64,000 nt of DNA from an uncultured delta proteobacterium (GTDB lineage Bacteria > Desulfobacterota > Binatia > JACPRU01): the NCBI GenBank assembly GCA_963745025.1, contig CAVUWD010000016.1, forward strand, positions 928,001 to 992,000, in the 5' to 3' direction. Positions 9,173 through 19,184 of the stretch are shown piece by piece. The translations under genes were made by a program, and so were the position numbers. Numbering within the stretch: position 1 is the first letter of the stretch; every line of letters starts with the position of its first letter. The notes under the pieces were generated by a model, which was not told the origin of the DNA, ran no database searches, and saw only the letters and a program-made list of their open reading frames with translations.

Positions 9173-9832
9173 ATGTCGAATCCCTTTCCTTTGGGAATGC
9201 TCGCATCGGGAAGCGGAACGAACCTCCAAGCGATCATCGACGCGATCGAAAGCGGACAGGTTCCCGCGGAGATCCGGGTCGTGGTGTGCAATCGCCCTCA
9301 CGCCAAAGCCCTCGAGCGAGCCGAGCGCCACCACTTGCCCATCCAGGTCATCGACCACAAAGCGTTTCCGAGTCGGGAGGCCTTCGACGAGCGGGTCGTC
9401 GAGGTGCTGCGCGAGAAGGAGGTCGAGCTGGTTTGCCTCGCGGGTTTCGATCGGCTGCTGTCGCCGGTCTTCATCCGTGCGTTTCCGGAACGGATCCTCA
9501 ACATTCATCCTGCACTGCTACCCGCCTTCCCCGGGCTGCACGCCCAGCAACAGGCGCTCGAGTACGGCGTCCGCATCGCCGGCTGCACCGTGCACATCGT
9601 CGACGAGAAAACCGATCATGGACCCATCGTCATTCAAGCGGCCGTGCCCGTGTACAGCGACGACACCGTGGACTCGGTCACCGAGCGGATCCTCGTTGAG
9701 GAGCACCGAATCTATCCCGAAGCGATCTGCCTTTTCGCAGAGCGCCGCATTCGCATCGAGGGGCGCCGCATTCGCATTCTCGACGAAGAGCCCCTCGCCG
9801 ACCGTGCGCTGGTGAATCCGGTGCTCGGCTAG
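9173..9832 (+). CDS. purN: Phosphoribosylglycinamide formyltransferase
   Basis: LASGSGTNLQAII, LNIHPALLPAFPG and GCTVHIVD...DHGPI motifs. Confidence 0.96.
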   Translation: MSNPFPLGMLASGSGTNLQAIIDAIESGQVPAEIRVVVCNRPHAKALERAERHHLPIQVIDHKAFPSREAFDERVVEVLREKEVELVCLAGFDRLLSPVFIRAFPERILNIHPALLPAFPGLHAQQQALEYGVRIAGCTVHIVDEKTDHGPIVIQAAVPVYSDDTVDSVTERILVEEHRIYPEAICLFAERRIRIEGRRIRILDEEPLADRALVNPVLG

Positions 9833-9939
9833 GCCCGCGTGCGGTTCATCGGCCGGGCTCTTCGCCTTGAAGCGGGAACAATTCCGGCCAAGACACGTGC
9901 CGAGCACGCTCTGCGGGTCCAAGAATTTTCGCTTCAAGG

Positions 9940-10617
9940 TTATCGGGTGTCTCGGTAAAGCCGCACCAGCCGTTCGGGGGAAACGCCGAAAAAATAGAGC
10001 GCGCGGATCCACCACATGAGCGCGACGGTGCGGACGACGCCGTGCCGTTGCCAGCGGCGAACCGAAGTGCGCACGCCTTGTCGTAGCGCCGCCACCGGAC
10101 CGCGGCGCCTCATCGCCCGCGACAGGGCCAGGTCCTCGAGCAGCGGCTGCTCCGGAAAGCCTCCGAGATCCTCGAAGACGTCGCGGCGGATGAACAGGCC
10201 CTGATCCCCCGTGAAGATGCCGCTCCAGCGCGAACGTAGATTGATCGCATTCTCGATCAATCGGAAGGCGAGTCCTGGGGCGTCGAGGACGATGTCGAAC
10301 CGACCGCCGATCGCATAGCCGCAGGCCGTGACGATCGCCGCGGCGAACCCTTCGGGTACGATCGTATCGGCATGCAGAAAGAAGAGAATTTGTCCCCGCG
10401 CAACGGCTGCCCCCGCGTTCATCTGTCGTCCGCGGCCGACGGGGCCGGCGAGAATGCGGTCAACGAGCGGGCGGGCGATCTCGCGAGTCTCGTCCTCGCT
10501 CGAGCCGTCGACCACGATCACCTCGAGGACTTCCGGCTCCCGCAGCGGCTCGAGAGTCGCCGCGATCGACCGCGCTTCGTTGCGGGCCGGAACGACGACC
10601 GAGATTCGCTCGCTCAC
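9940..10617 (-). CDS. GT2 glycosyltransferase, TIGR04283-like
   Basis: ISVVVPARNEA, GRGRQMNAGA, FLHADT, GDQGLF and TSVRRW motifs; GTGA overlap with the DUF547 gene. Confidence 0.85.
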   Translation of the reverse strand: MSERISVVVPARNEARSIAATLEPLREPEVLEVIVVDGSSEDETREIARPLVDRILAGPVGRGRQMNAGAAVARGQILFFLHADTIVPEGFAAAIVTACGYAIGGRFDIVLDAPGLAFRLIENAINLRSRWSGIFTGDQGLFIRRDVFEDLGGFPEQPLLEDLALSRAMRRRGPVAALRQGVRTSVRRWQRHGVVRTVALMWWIRALYFFGVSPERLVRLYRDTR

Positions 10618-11360
10618 TTGGGTCGTTCGCCCGTCGCCGCGTTGATTCGCCAATCGAACGGCCGATAGTGAATCTTGGGGTCGGCGACGTCGAGCGCATC
10701 GTGCAAGTCGGGCCGGGTCGTGAGCGGCCGTAAGAATCCCGCGAGCGATCCAGCCTCGCGCTCGAAGTCGCCGCGATACCAAGCAAACAGTCGCGAGAGC
10801 TCGACCCTCCCGGTGGTCGGATCGGCTAGGTTGTGCTCCGGGTCGTTGACGAAGCGGCGCGCCGCGCGCTCGAGCTGCGCATCGAGGCGCTCGGCCGTAT
10901 ATGGCTCGGCGGCCAGTGGCGGCCCGCCGCGGGTACCGTTCGCGATCGCCAGATGAATCCGTGGATCGGCGCTCGCATAGCCGTTGAGAATCACCCGCAC
11001 GTCGTCGAGCGTGCGTCGCACGCCCCCGATCCTCTGTCCGAACCAGTGGAACATCCGCGCGCGTTTCGCCACCGTCTCCGGACTCTCGCCGTGCACGACC
11101 GCCGCGATCACCAGCGCGTGGTAGGCGTTGATCCAGAACGCCACCGCGCGATCGTGATCGAGCCGCGTGGTGTCGGCGTCGGCCAGCCCGCCCAGCACAC
11201 GGGAGAGAAGCTCGCTGTCCTCGCGCGCGAGTGACCGATAGGCAACCTCGCCCGATTCGCTGACGCGCTTGGCGAGAATCGCCGCCCAAGGATCGTCGCC
11301 CGGCCCCTCCGCTGCGGCGAGCGTCGCGGCGAGGAGCACCAGCACGAGAATGAGTCTCAT
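10614..11360 (-). CDS. DUF547 domain exported protein
   Basis: Signal peptide; AFWINAYHAL, DPRIHLAI, LSRLFAWYRGDF and FDWRIN motifs. Confidence 0.8.
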   Translation of the reverse strand: MRLILVLVLLAATLAAAEGPGDDPWAAILAKRVSESGEVAYRSLAREDSELLSRVLGGLADADTTRLDHDRAVAFWINAYHALVIAAVVHGESPETVAKRARMFHWFGQRIGGVRRTLDDVRVILNGYASADPRIHLAIANGTRGGPPLAAEPYTAERLDAQLERAARRFVNDPEHNLADPTTGRVELSRLFAWYRGDFEREAGSLAGFLRPLTTRPDLHDALDVADPKIHYRPFDWRINAATGERPK

Positions 11361-12114
11361 CCGGACTCGGCACCGCCGCCCACCTTGCGGCGGAAGATCT
11401 CCATTGGCATGCGCGTCACCAACAAGCAGACTTCGTTGCCGATGCGACGCGCGCAGAAGCTCGCCCCGCCACGCTGGAAGAATATGGGCTCGCCGCTGGC
11501 CGGCAAAGGATACGGAAAGCTCTCGGCAAATCCATAATCGCAGACGATCGTGTACCGGCCATCGGAATAGACGGAAAGGCGCGCACGCCGACCTCGCAAG
11601 TCCGCGAATGCGCCCCCGACCAGCCGAAAGCCCGCCGCGGACAGGTCGACGACGTGGACGGGAATCCCTTCGGCCGCATGCTGTCGATAGTATGCTTCGA
11701 GATCCCCCGGCTTGGCCGTGTGCAGCGCGAGCTCGAGTGAGCCGTTCGCCGCTCGGTCGTATTCGTGGATGAGCGGCGTGAAGAAGGCGTTGCGATTCCA
11801 AACGACGATCGTCAAGACCACGGCAACGGCGAAGGCGACGACGCCCCCCAGCGAACCGCACTGGACCACCTGGGCACGCTCGCTGCGTGGGCCTCGTCCA
11901 GCGTCGCCAGCACGCGCGTTCGCAGGCCGACGGGCGCCGCTGGATGCAGATCGCGCGCGCGAGAGCGCAAGAGGCCTCGCACGGTGAGCTGGCGGTCGCG
12001 CTCGGCCCGGCACGTCGCACAGCGCTCGAGGTGCCGTCGCGCCTCTTCTTCCGCGGCTCCGAGCACGCGGTCGGCGTCCGCGGCCGCGCATTCTCGGTAT
12101 TCGTCACAATTCAC
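11357..12114 (-). CDS. Zinc-binding (ZAS, zf-HC2) transmembrane anti-sigma factor, split by a frameshift near 11844-11849
   Basis: N-terminal MNC...HLERCATC (HxxxCxxC) in one frame; TM helix and extracytoplasmic domain in another; one extra G in the G6 run joins them. Confidence 0.75.
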
Positions 12115-12115
12115 T

Positions 12116-12691
12116 TCACCGCCTGTCTTTCACGATGCCGCGCTCGCGGGCATAACAGGCGAGCTTCCGCTCGAGGAGCCGGCGTCCGCGCGACAATCGA
12201 GAGCGGACCGTACCGACCGGACAGCCGAGGACGCGCGCCGCTTCCTCGTAGGTGAGCTCCTGAAGATCGACGGCGACGATCGCCGAGCGAAATGTCTCCG
12301 GCAGCTCGCCGATGGCCTGGACGATCTCTTGGTCCATCGTCCCCGAGAGCACGAGCGCCTGCGGATCGCTGTCGACCCCCGAAGCCTCGGTCGCCTCGCG
12401 CGCCGCGCCGGGATCGTCGATATCCACCTGGCCACGCTCGCGCCGGCTCGCGCGATACTGATTGCGAAAGGAATTGTGCAAGATCGTGAGCAGCCAGGCC
12501 CGGCAGTTGGTTCCCGGCTCGAACTGTGAAAAGAAGCGAAACGCGCGCAAGAACGTTTCCTGAACGAGATCGGAAGCGCGGTCGCGATCGCCACAGAGAT
12601 AGAACGCCGCGCTGTAGACATGTTCGAGATGCGGCAGAGCCGCGGCCTCGAACTCGTCGCGACGCGATTCCCGAGCCTCCCTCCTCGGCAT
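12116..12691 (-). CDS. ECF RNA polymerase sigma factor
   Basis: DLVQETFLRAF...GTNCRAWLLTI (region 2); LTYEEAARVLGCPVGTVRSRLSRGR (region 4). Confidence 0.92.
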   Translation of the reverse strand: MPRREARESRRDEFEAAALPHLEHVYSAAFYLCGDRDRASDLVQETFLRAFRFFSQFEPGTNCRAWLLTILHNSFRNQYRASRRERGQVDIDDPGAAREATEASGVDSDPQALVLSGTMDQEIVQAIGELPETFRSAIVAVDLQELTYEEAARVLGCPVGTVRSRLSRGRRLLERKLACYARERGIVKDRR

Positions 12692-12791
12692 GCGCGGCTC
12701 TGTAACACACCCGATCTGACGGCACGAGGCAGCGCCTCTGAGGGCAGAACAAACGACGGGTATGGAAAAGTTCCCTGTCTGCGGACGTTCT

Positions 12792-13049
12792 TCAGACGTC
12801 GACGAGGCTGGCGAGGCGGCCCGACCGATCGAGCGAACGCAGCTCCTCGTACCCCCCGATCGGCTTCTCGCCGACGAAAACTTGCGGCACAGTGCGGCGC
12901 CCGGTCGCGCCGACGAGCCATTCCCGCGTGCGCGCATCGGCGGTGACGTCGATCTCTTCGAAAGCGATGCCGCGCTCGCGGAGCAGCTCCTTGGCATGGC
13001 GGCAGAACGAGCAGTAGCTGGCCGTGTAGATACGTACGGAATGTGCCAT
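12792..13049 (-). CDS. grxC: Glutaredoxin (Grx3-like, CSFC active site)
   Basis: YCSFCRHAK, RTVPQVF and IGGYEEL motifs. Confidence 0.85.
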   Translation of the reverse strand: MAHSVRIYTASYCSFCRHAKELLRERGIAFEEIDVTADARTREWLVGATGRRTVPQVFVGEKPIGGYEELRSLDRSGRLASLVDV

Positions 13050-13100
13050 GCCTCACTCTCGATTGACGGGTCGGGGGGCGGCCGTTAAGAAAGACGGTTC

Positions 13101-13892
13101 ATGCCCCGCCCTTCTCCCGAAACCGCATTGGCATTTCTCGATCTCGTGGAAACCGTGGCAACGCTTCGCCGCGAGTGCCCGTGGGATCGCGAGCAGACCT
13201 CCGCCTCGATTATGCCATTCCTGATCGAGGAAACCTACGAGGTGCTCGAAGCGCTCGAGTCCGAGAAGCCGGAGGACGTCCGCGGCGAGCTGGGTGATTT
13301 GCTGCTGCAGATTCTGCTTCACGCCGAGATGGCTGCGGAGCGCGGCGAGTTCGACATCCGCGCGGTCATGGACAGCGTGCGCGAGAAGATGGTGCGCAGA
13401 CATCCGCACGTCTTCGCGGGCGTCGACGTTGCCGGCACGCAGGAGGTTCTCGGCAACTGGTCCCGGATCAAGGCCGAGGAGCGCCGGGCGAAGCAGGAGG
13501 ACGCCTCGGTGCTCGCCGGTGTTCCCGCCTCCCTGCCGGCGCTGCTGCGTGCCGAGCGTCTCGGCGAGAAGGCCTCGCGCGTCGGATTCGACTGGACGAC
13601 TGCGCGTGAGGTTCTTGGCAAGGTCCACGAGGAGCTCGCCGAGCTCGGCGCGGCGCTCGACGCGGAGCGCATCGAGGACATCGAGTCCGAGGTCGGCGAT
13701 TGTCTCTTCGCGCTCGCGAGCCTCGCTCGCAAATCCGGCGTGAGCGCCGAGCTCGCGCTTCGCCGCAGCCTCGAACGGTTCATCGACCGCTTCCGGTTCG
13801 TAGAGCACGAGCTCGAACGGCAAGGCCGCTCCGCCCACGAGGCGTCGCTTGAGGAGATGGAAGCACTCTGGCAGCAAGCCAAGCGTCGTTGA
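13101..13892 (+). CDS. mazG: Nucleoside triphosphate pyrophosphohydrolase MazG
   Basis: CPWDREQT, EETYEV, ELGDLLLQ, RRHPHVF and GFDW motifs. Confidence 0.94.
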   Translation: MPRPSPETALAFLDLVETVATLRRECPWDREQTSASIMPFLIEETYEVLEALESEKPEDVRGELGDLLLQILLHAEMAAERGEFDIRAVMDSVREKMVRRHPHVFAGVDVAGTQEVLGNWSRIKAEERRAKQEDASVLAGVPASLPALLRAERLGEKASRVGFDWTTAREVLGKVHEELAELGAALDAERIEDIESEVGDCLFALASLARKSGVSAELALRRSLERFIDRFRFVEHELERQGRSAHEASLEEMEALWQQAKRR

Positions 13893-13917
13893 CCGACCGC
13901 GCCCGGAATGTTACCAA
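13889..13917 (+). promoter_or_regulatory. Putative sigma70 promoter of rpsT
   Basis: TTGACC-17 bp-TACCAA with an extended -10 TG. Confidence 0.45.
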
Positions 13918-13955
13918 GATTGGATCGACTCGGAGTCTGGTAAGGAGCGACCCCT

Positions 13956-14228
13956 TTGGCTACCCACAAGTCCGCAGAGAAGCGTCACCGCCAGAGCGAG
14001 AAACGCCGCACCCGCAATCACGCGTTGAAGTCGCGCTTGCGGACGCTCGTCAAGCGCGTCGAGAACGCCCTCCAGCGGAAGAATACCGCCGAAGCGGAGA
14101 GCGAGCTCCGCGTCGCCGCCCGTGAGCTCGACAAAGCGGTCACCAAAGGATTGCTCCATCGCAACAACGCGTCGCGGCGGCTTTCGCGGTTGACCCTTCG
14201 ATTGAACGGCCTCAGCGCGGCCTCCTGA
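13956..14228 (+). CDS. rpsT: 30S ribosomal protein S20
   Basis: ATHKSAEKRHRQSEKRR...LDKAVTKGLLHRNNASRRLSRL; TAAGGAG RBS before the TTG start. Confidence 0.96.
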   Translation: MATHKSAEKRHRQSEKRRTRNHALKSRLRTLVKRVENALQRKNTAEAESELRVAARELDKAVTKGLLHRNNASRRLSRLTLRLNGLSAAS

Positions 14229-14235
14229 GCGCCAC

Positions 14236-15273
14236 TCAGGCGAGGAGCTGTGCGAGCACGCGCAGCAACACGCCGATCTCTTCATCGGTCCCCACGGTGA
14301 TACGCAGCGCGTCCCGTAGAGCGGCGGTCGGAAAGTGGCGGACGAGCACGCCGCGTCGCTTGAGCCCTTCGTAGAGCGGTCCGAGGTTTTCGCCCGGCCG
14401 GCGCGCCAGCACGAAGTTCGCCTGCGAGGGCGGCACCTCGAATCCCATCTCGAGGAGCTTCTCGGTCAGCGCATCGCGTGTGCGGCGGATGCGCCGCACG
14501 TTCGCCTCCATCCAGCGTGGGTCCCGCAGAGCTGCCGCACCCGCGACGGTGCTCAGGCGATTCACGTTGTAGGAGTCCTTGACCTTGGCGAACTCGGCGA
14601 TCGCCGCGGCCGCCGCAAACGCCAGGCCGATCCGCACGCCCGCAAGCGAATACGACTTCGAAAGGGTGCGGAGGATGACGACGTTCTGGAACTCTCGCAG
14701 GAGCTCGAGGCAATCGCCGTCGGCGAAGTCCACGTAGGCTTCGTCGATCACGACGAGCCGGTCCCGCCGCCGAAAGAGCGGGCCCAGAGCCGCGGCGGGG
14801 ATCCGCGTCCCGGACGGCGAGTTCGGGTTGCAGACGATGACGAGACGCGCGTCGGCGTGGGCGAGCGCCTCCGGCAGCGAGAAGTCGGGCGGAAAGGGTA
14901 CGTGCAGGGCTTCCCCGCTGTGGATCGCCACGAGCGTGTCGTAGAGGCTGTAGGTGGGGACCGGATAAGCGACGCGATCGCCCGGGTCGATCGTCGCGCG
15001 CATCACGATCGTCAACAGCTCGTCCGAGCCGTTGCCGACGAGCACGTTCTCGGGCTCCAGACGGTAGAGTCGCGCGGCGCGCTCGCGAAGCTCGTCCGCG
15101 AGCGGCCGCGGATAGAGCCGAAGATTCTCGCCGATCGCGTCGTGGAGCGCCTCGAAGACCTGTGGCGAAGGAGGGTACGGATTCTCGTTGGTGTTGAGCT
15201 TGACGTAGCGGCGATCACGCGGCTGTTCGCCGGGAACGTATCCCTCCATGCCGACGACGGTTTTGCGAAACAC
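14236..15273 (-). CDS. hisC: Histidinol-phosphate aminotransferase
   Basis: YVPGEQP..VKLNTNENPY, GNGSDE, DEAYVDF and RTLSKSYSLAGVRIG; GTG start with GAGGAGG RBS (alternative start 15291). Confidence 0.94.
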   Translation of the reverse strand: MFRKTVVGMEGYVPGEQPRDRRYVKLNTNENPYPPSPQVFEALHDAIGENLRLYPRPLADELRERAARLYRLEPENVLVGNGSDELLTIVMRATIDPGDRVAYPVPTYSLYDTLVAIHSGEALHVPFPPDFSLPEALAHADARLVIVCNPNSPSGTRIPAAALGPLFRRRDRLVVIDEAYVDFADGDCLELLREFQNVVILRTLSKSYSLAGVRIGLAFAAAAAIAEFAKVKDSYNVNRLSTVAGAAALRDPRWMEANVRRIRRTRDALTEKLLEMGFEVPPSQANFVLARRPGENLGPLYEGLKRRGVLVRHFPTAALRDALRITVGTDEEIGVLLRVLAQLLA

Positions 15274-15287
15274 TGCGGCGTCCCTCC

Positions 15288-16647
15288 TCAACGTCCGATG
15301 ACGCGGCGGTGAGCGATCTCGTCGAGGATCTCGACCCGCTGTGAGGCTTCCGCAGCCTCGTCCGTATCAGGCCGAAACAATTTGACCGACTTCTCATACT
15401 GCGCCCGCGCCTGCTCGACGTCGCCGCGCATCTCGAGCGCACGAGCGAGATGGTAGAAGCCGCGAGCGGAATCGCCGCTGCGCCCATATGCCTGACCGAG
15501 ATCGAACTCGACCTGATCGACCGCCGGCGCGAGCGCGCGGGCACGATCGAGCTCGCGGATCGCTCCGGCGTAGTCGCCCTTGCTGAGCAGCACTTGCCCG
15601 AGAAGGCCCCTCGCCTCGGCATCGTCCGGAGCGGCTTCCACGCGCCCGCGCAGGAGGAGGAGCGCGCCCGCGATGTCACCGGAGCGGAAACGAGCCAGCG
15701 CGATGTCGTCGTCGAGATCCGATGCGCCCGCGGCCTTGGCCTTGTCGAGGGCGGCAAGCGCCGCGGGCAGCTCCCTCTGGTAGAGGAGCACGATCCCATA
15801 GAGCGCCAATGCCCGGCTACCGGCCGCGCTGGCCTTTTCGTAACGCGCGCGAATGCCTGCGGTCCCCGCCGAGTGCGCGGACGATCGCCTGCACTCGTTC
15901 CAGCGCGAAGCTCGCCTGTTGCGACCCCGGCACCGCGGGCACATTCCGGCTCGCCGCCTCGAGAGTGCTGATGCGCTCGTCCGTGAGGGGGTGAGAGAGC
16001 ATGTAGGGCGGGATCTGGTCGATCGGCATCGTCCGCTGCTCCTCCCAAAGCCGCTTCATGAAGGTCACCATGCCCTGTGGGTCGAATCCTGCCACACGCA
16101 TGTAGCGCATGCCGAGATAGTCCGCCTCCTGCTCGAACTCACGCTGGTACTTGAGCTGCGCCGTCGCGTTGATACCCATCGCGGCCGCGCCGATCGCCGG
16201 CTGTACGACGGACAGCAGCATGCCCGCCAGCGCGGCATAGCTGAGAAGCTGCGTCTTTTCCTGCTGGCGAACGATGTGATGCGCGTGGCTGTGGCCGATC
16301 TCGTGTCCGAGCACTCCGGCGAGCTCGGAATCGTTGCCGACGCGCAGTAGAAGCCCCGAGTTCAGGTAGACGAAGCCACCCGGGACCGCGAACGCATTGA
16401 TCGAACCGTCGTTGACGACGCTGAAGCGATACTCGAAGGGCTGCGGCGCGTCGAGCCGCGCCACGATCCGCTGACCGATACCGTTGACGTAGTTGACGAC
16501 CGCCGGCTCGCGCACGATCGGTAAGGCGCTCGCCGCCTCGATCGAGAAGCGATCGCCGAGCTTTCGCTCCTCGGCGATCGGATAACCGCGGGCCTCGCCG
16601 ACGAGCGCGATCAGCAGGCCGGCGGCACCCGCGAGCCGCCGCTTCAA
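15288..16647 (-). CDS. M48 family Zn-metalloprotease with TPR repeats (BepA/YfgC-like), frameshifted near 15860
   Basis: [19 protein letters not shown] and LSHP in one frame; TPR region continues in another frame to 15288. Confidence 0.82.
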
Positions 16648-17639
16648 GAGGAGCGCGCCCCGCGGTCCTTCAGAATTCGCGCGGCGTCCTTGGCGGAGTA
16701 CGTGAGGATGAAATCGGCCCCTGCCCGCCGAATCGCCGTCAGGATTTCGATCGTCACGCGCTCGCCATCCAGCCAGCCGCGCTCCTCGGCCGCCTTCAGC
16801 ATGGCGTACTCTCCGCTCACGTTGTACGCGGCGATCGGCACGCCGGGGAATCGCTCGCGGGCGCGGCGGATGACGTCGAGGTAGGGGAGCGCGGGTTTGA
16901 CCATGATGATGTCGGCGCCCTCTTCGAGGTCGAGCGCGATTTCCCGCAGCGCCTCGTCGCCGTTCGCGGGATCCATCTGGTAGCCGCGGCGATCGCCGAA
17001 CTGTGGCGTCGATTCCGCCGCCTCGCGAAACGGTCCATAGAAGCCAGAGGCGTATTTTGCCGCATAGGAGAGGATCGGTGTGGTCTCGAACCCCTCGCGA
17101 TCGAGCGCCTGACGAATCGCACGCACCCGACCATCCATCATGTCCGATGGCGCGACCACGTGCGCCCCGGCCTTGGCGTGGCACACGGCCTCCCGCGCCA
17201 GCAGATCGAGCGTGCGGTCGTTGTCAACCTCCTCCCCGCGCAGCACGCCGCAGTGGCCATGATCCGTGTACTCGCAGAGGCAGACGTCGGTGAGGACGAG
17301 GAGATCGGGAACGGCCTCACGGATCGCTCGCACCGCCTCGGGGATCACGCCCGAGGGATCGTAGGCCTCGCTTCCGACCGGGTCTTTGCGCGCGGGAATC
17401 CCGAAGAGGACGATCCCCGGAATACCGAGACCACGGACCTCCCGCGCCTCGGCAACCGCGCGATCCACCGAGAGCTGGCACACTCCCGGCATCGAGCCGA
17501 TCGGCCGAGCCACGTTGCGGCCGTGAACCACGAACATCGGGTACACGAGATCCCCGACTTCGAGATGCGTCTCGCGAACCAGCTCACGGAGGATCGCGTT
17601 ACCGCGCAAGCGGCGCAGGCGCTGTGTGGGAAAACCCAT
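16644..17639 (-). CDS. hemB: Porphobilinogen synthase
   Basis: [33 protein letters not shown] and IIMVKPAL motifs. Confidence 0.97.
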   Translation of the reverse strand: MGFPTQRLRRLRGNAILRELVRETHLEVGDLVYPMFVVHGRNVARPIGSMPGVCQLSVDRAVAEAREVRGLGIPGIVLFGIPARKDPVGSEAYDPSGVIPEAVRAIREAVPDLLVLTDVCLCEYTDHGHCGVLRGEEVDNDRTLDLLAREAVCHAKAGAHVVAPSDMMDGRVRAIRQALDREGFETTPILSYAAKYASGFYGPFREAAESTPQFGDRRGYQMDPANGDEALREIALDLEEGADIIMVKPALPYLDVIRRARERFPGVPIAAYNVSGEYAMLKAAEERGWLDGERVTIEILTAIRRAGADFILTYSAKDAARILKDRGARSS

Positions 17640-17666
17640 CCGAGTCTCCGCTACTCCGTCTCGGGG

Positions 17667-19184
17667 CTACCCTCGACTCGCGAAATAGTCAATCAAGGCC
17701 TCCGCGAGGCCCTCCGTCGTGTATTCGCGCGCCTGGACGTCCACTCTCCAGCCGAGTGCGCGGGCCGTCTCGGCCGTGATCGGGCCGATACAGGCGATCG
17801 TAGCGCCTCCCGTCTTTCGTGTCGCCCCATCCCCGAGAAGCGCATGGAAATGGCGAACGGTGCTCGAGCTCGTGAACGTGATGGCGTCGATCTCCCCCTG
17901 TTCGAGACGATCGCGCACGCGCTCGGGAAGCGCGCCGGCCGGCTTCGCCCGGTACGTGGCGACGTCGACCACCTCGGCGCCGGCGCGCGCGAGTGACGTC
18001 GGCAGCACGTCGCGCGCGCCCTCGGCGCGCGGCAATAGAACGCGCTTTCCACCGACGTGCGGCGCAAGCCCGTCTGCAAGGGCTTCCGCGCGGAACTCCC
18101 CGGGCACCCAGTCCGTACGAAGACCGTATCGCGAGAGCGCTTGCGCCGTGGCCGGACCGATCGCCGCCAAGCGAGCCCGCCCGAGCCGGCGGCTGTCTCC
18201 GCCAGAATTCGCCAGCCGCTCGAAGAACACCTCGACGCCGTACGCGCTGGTGAACACGATCCAGTCGAAGCGTTCGAGCGACTCGAGCGCCCGATCGAAC
18301 GCTTCCGAGCCGAGGGGATCGAGCTCGATCGTCGGCGCCGCCAGCGCCTCGGCACCGAGCCTCTCGAGTCGATCGACGAACTCGTCGGCTTGCTCCGCGG
18401 CGCGAGTCACCACGATCCGTCGGCCGAGCAGTGGACGGCGCTCGTACCACTGCAGAGACTCGCGTCGGCGGACGACGTCGCCGACGACCAGGACCGTGGG
18501 CGGCGTGAAGCCCGCTCGCTCGACACGATCCGCGAGGTCGCCGATCGTACCGACGACGGTCTGCTGATCGGGGCGCGTGCCGGAGCGAATGCATGCCGCC
18601 GGGCTCTCTTCGGGTTTGCCCGCCTCCGTGAGCCTCAGCAGAACCTCGCGCAGGCTCCTCAAGGCCATCAGGAACACGAGGGTCTCCATGCGGGCGAGCG
18701 CCGGCCAATCGAGCGGACGTCGCGTGCCGGGAGCCTCGTGCCCGGTGACCACGGTGAAGGACGAGTTGAGGCCGCGTTCGGTGACCGGAATGCCGGCATA
18801 GGCGGGAACGGCGATCGCCGAGGTCACGCCGGGAACCACTTCGAAGCGGATCCCCGCCTCGGCGAGCGCCCGGGCTTCCTCGCCGCCGCGCCCGAAGACG
18901 AACGGGTCACCGCCTTTCAAGTGCACCACGACCTTGCCTGCTCGCGCCGCGGCGATCATGCGCTGATCGATCGCCTGCTGCTGCTGATCGCGGTGAGACG
19001 CGTCGCCGCTCTTGCCGGAGGAGACGATCTCCGCGTGCCGCTCAGCGAACCGCAGCAGCCGGGGATCGACGAGATAGTCGTGAATCACGACGTCGGCGCG
19101 GGCGATGCATTCCCGACCGCGAATGGTGAGCAGGCCCGGGTCCCCAGGCCCGGCTCCGACCAGATACACGATGCCGGCCTTCAT
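17667..19184 (-). CDS. cobA: Fused uroporphyrinogen-III C-methyltransferase / uroporphyrinogen-III synthase (CobA-HemD)
   Basis: [15 protein letters not shown] and [15 protein letters not shown]; HemD half with VVTRA, FTSAYGV, IGPATA and FTSSST. Confidence 0.95.
   Translation of the reverse strand: MKAGIVYLVGAGPGDPGLLTIRGRECIARADVVIHDYLVDPRLLRFAERHAEIVSSGKSGDASHRDQQQQAIDQRMIAAARAGKVVVHLKGGDPFVFGRGGEEARALAEAGIRFEVVPGVTSAIAVPAYAGIPVTERGLNSSFTVVTGHEAPGTRRPLDWPALARMETLVFLMALRSLREVLLRLTEAGKPEESPAACIRSGTRPDQQTVVGTIGDLADRVERAGFTPPTVLVVGDVVRRRESLQWYERRPLLGRRIVVTRAAEQADEFVDRLERLGAEALAAPTIELDPLGSEAFDRALESLERFDWIVFTSAYGVEVFFERLANSGGDSRRLGRARLAAIGPATAQALSRYGLRTDWVPGEFRAEALADGLAPHVGGKRVLLPRAEGARDVLPTSLARAGAEVVDVATYRAKPAGALPERVRDRLEQGEIDAITFTSSSTVRHFHALLGDGATRKTGGATIACIGPITAETARALGWRVDVQAREYTTEGLAEALIDYFASRG

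Noticed and set aside
9940-12107. Long N-terminal extensions on the GT2 (477 aa) and DUF547 (497 aa) ORFs
   Set aside because: They overlap real upstream genes in other frames; coupled starts at 10617 and 11360 give typical protein lengths.
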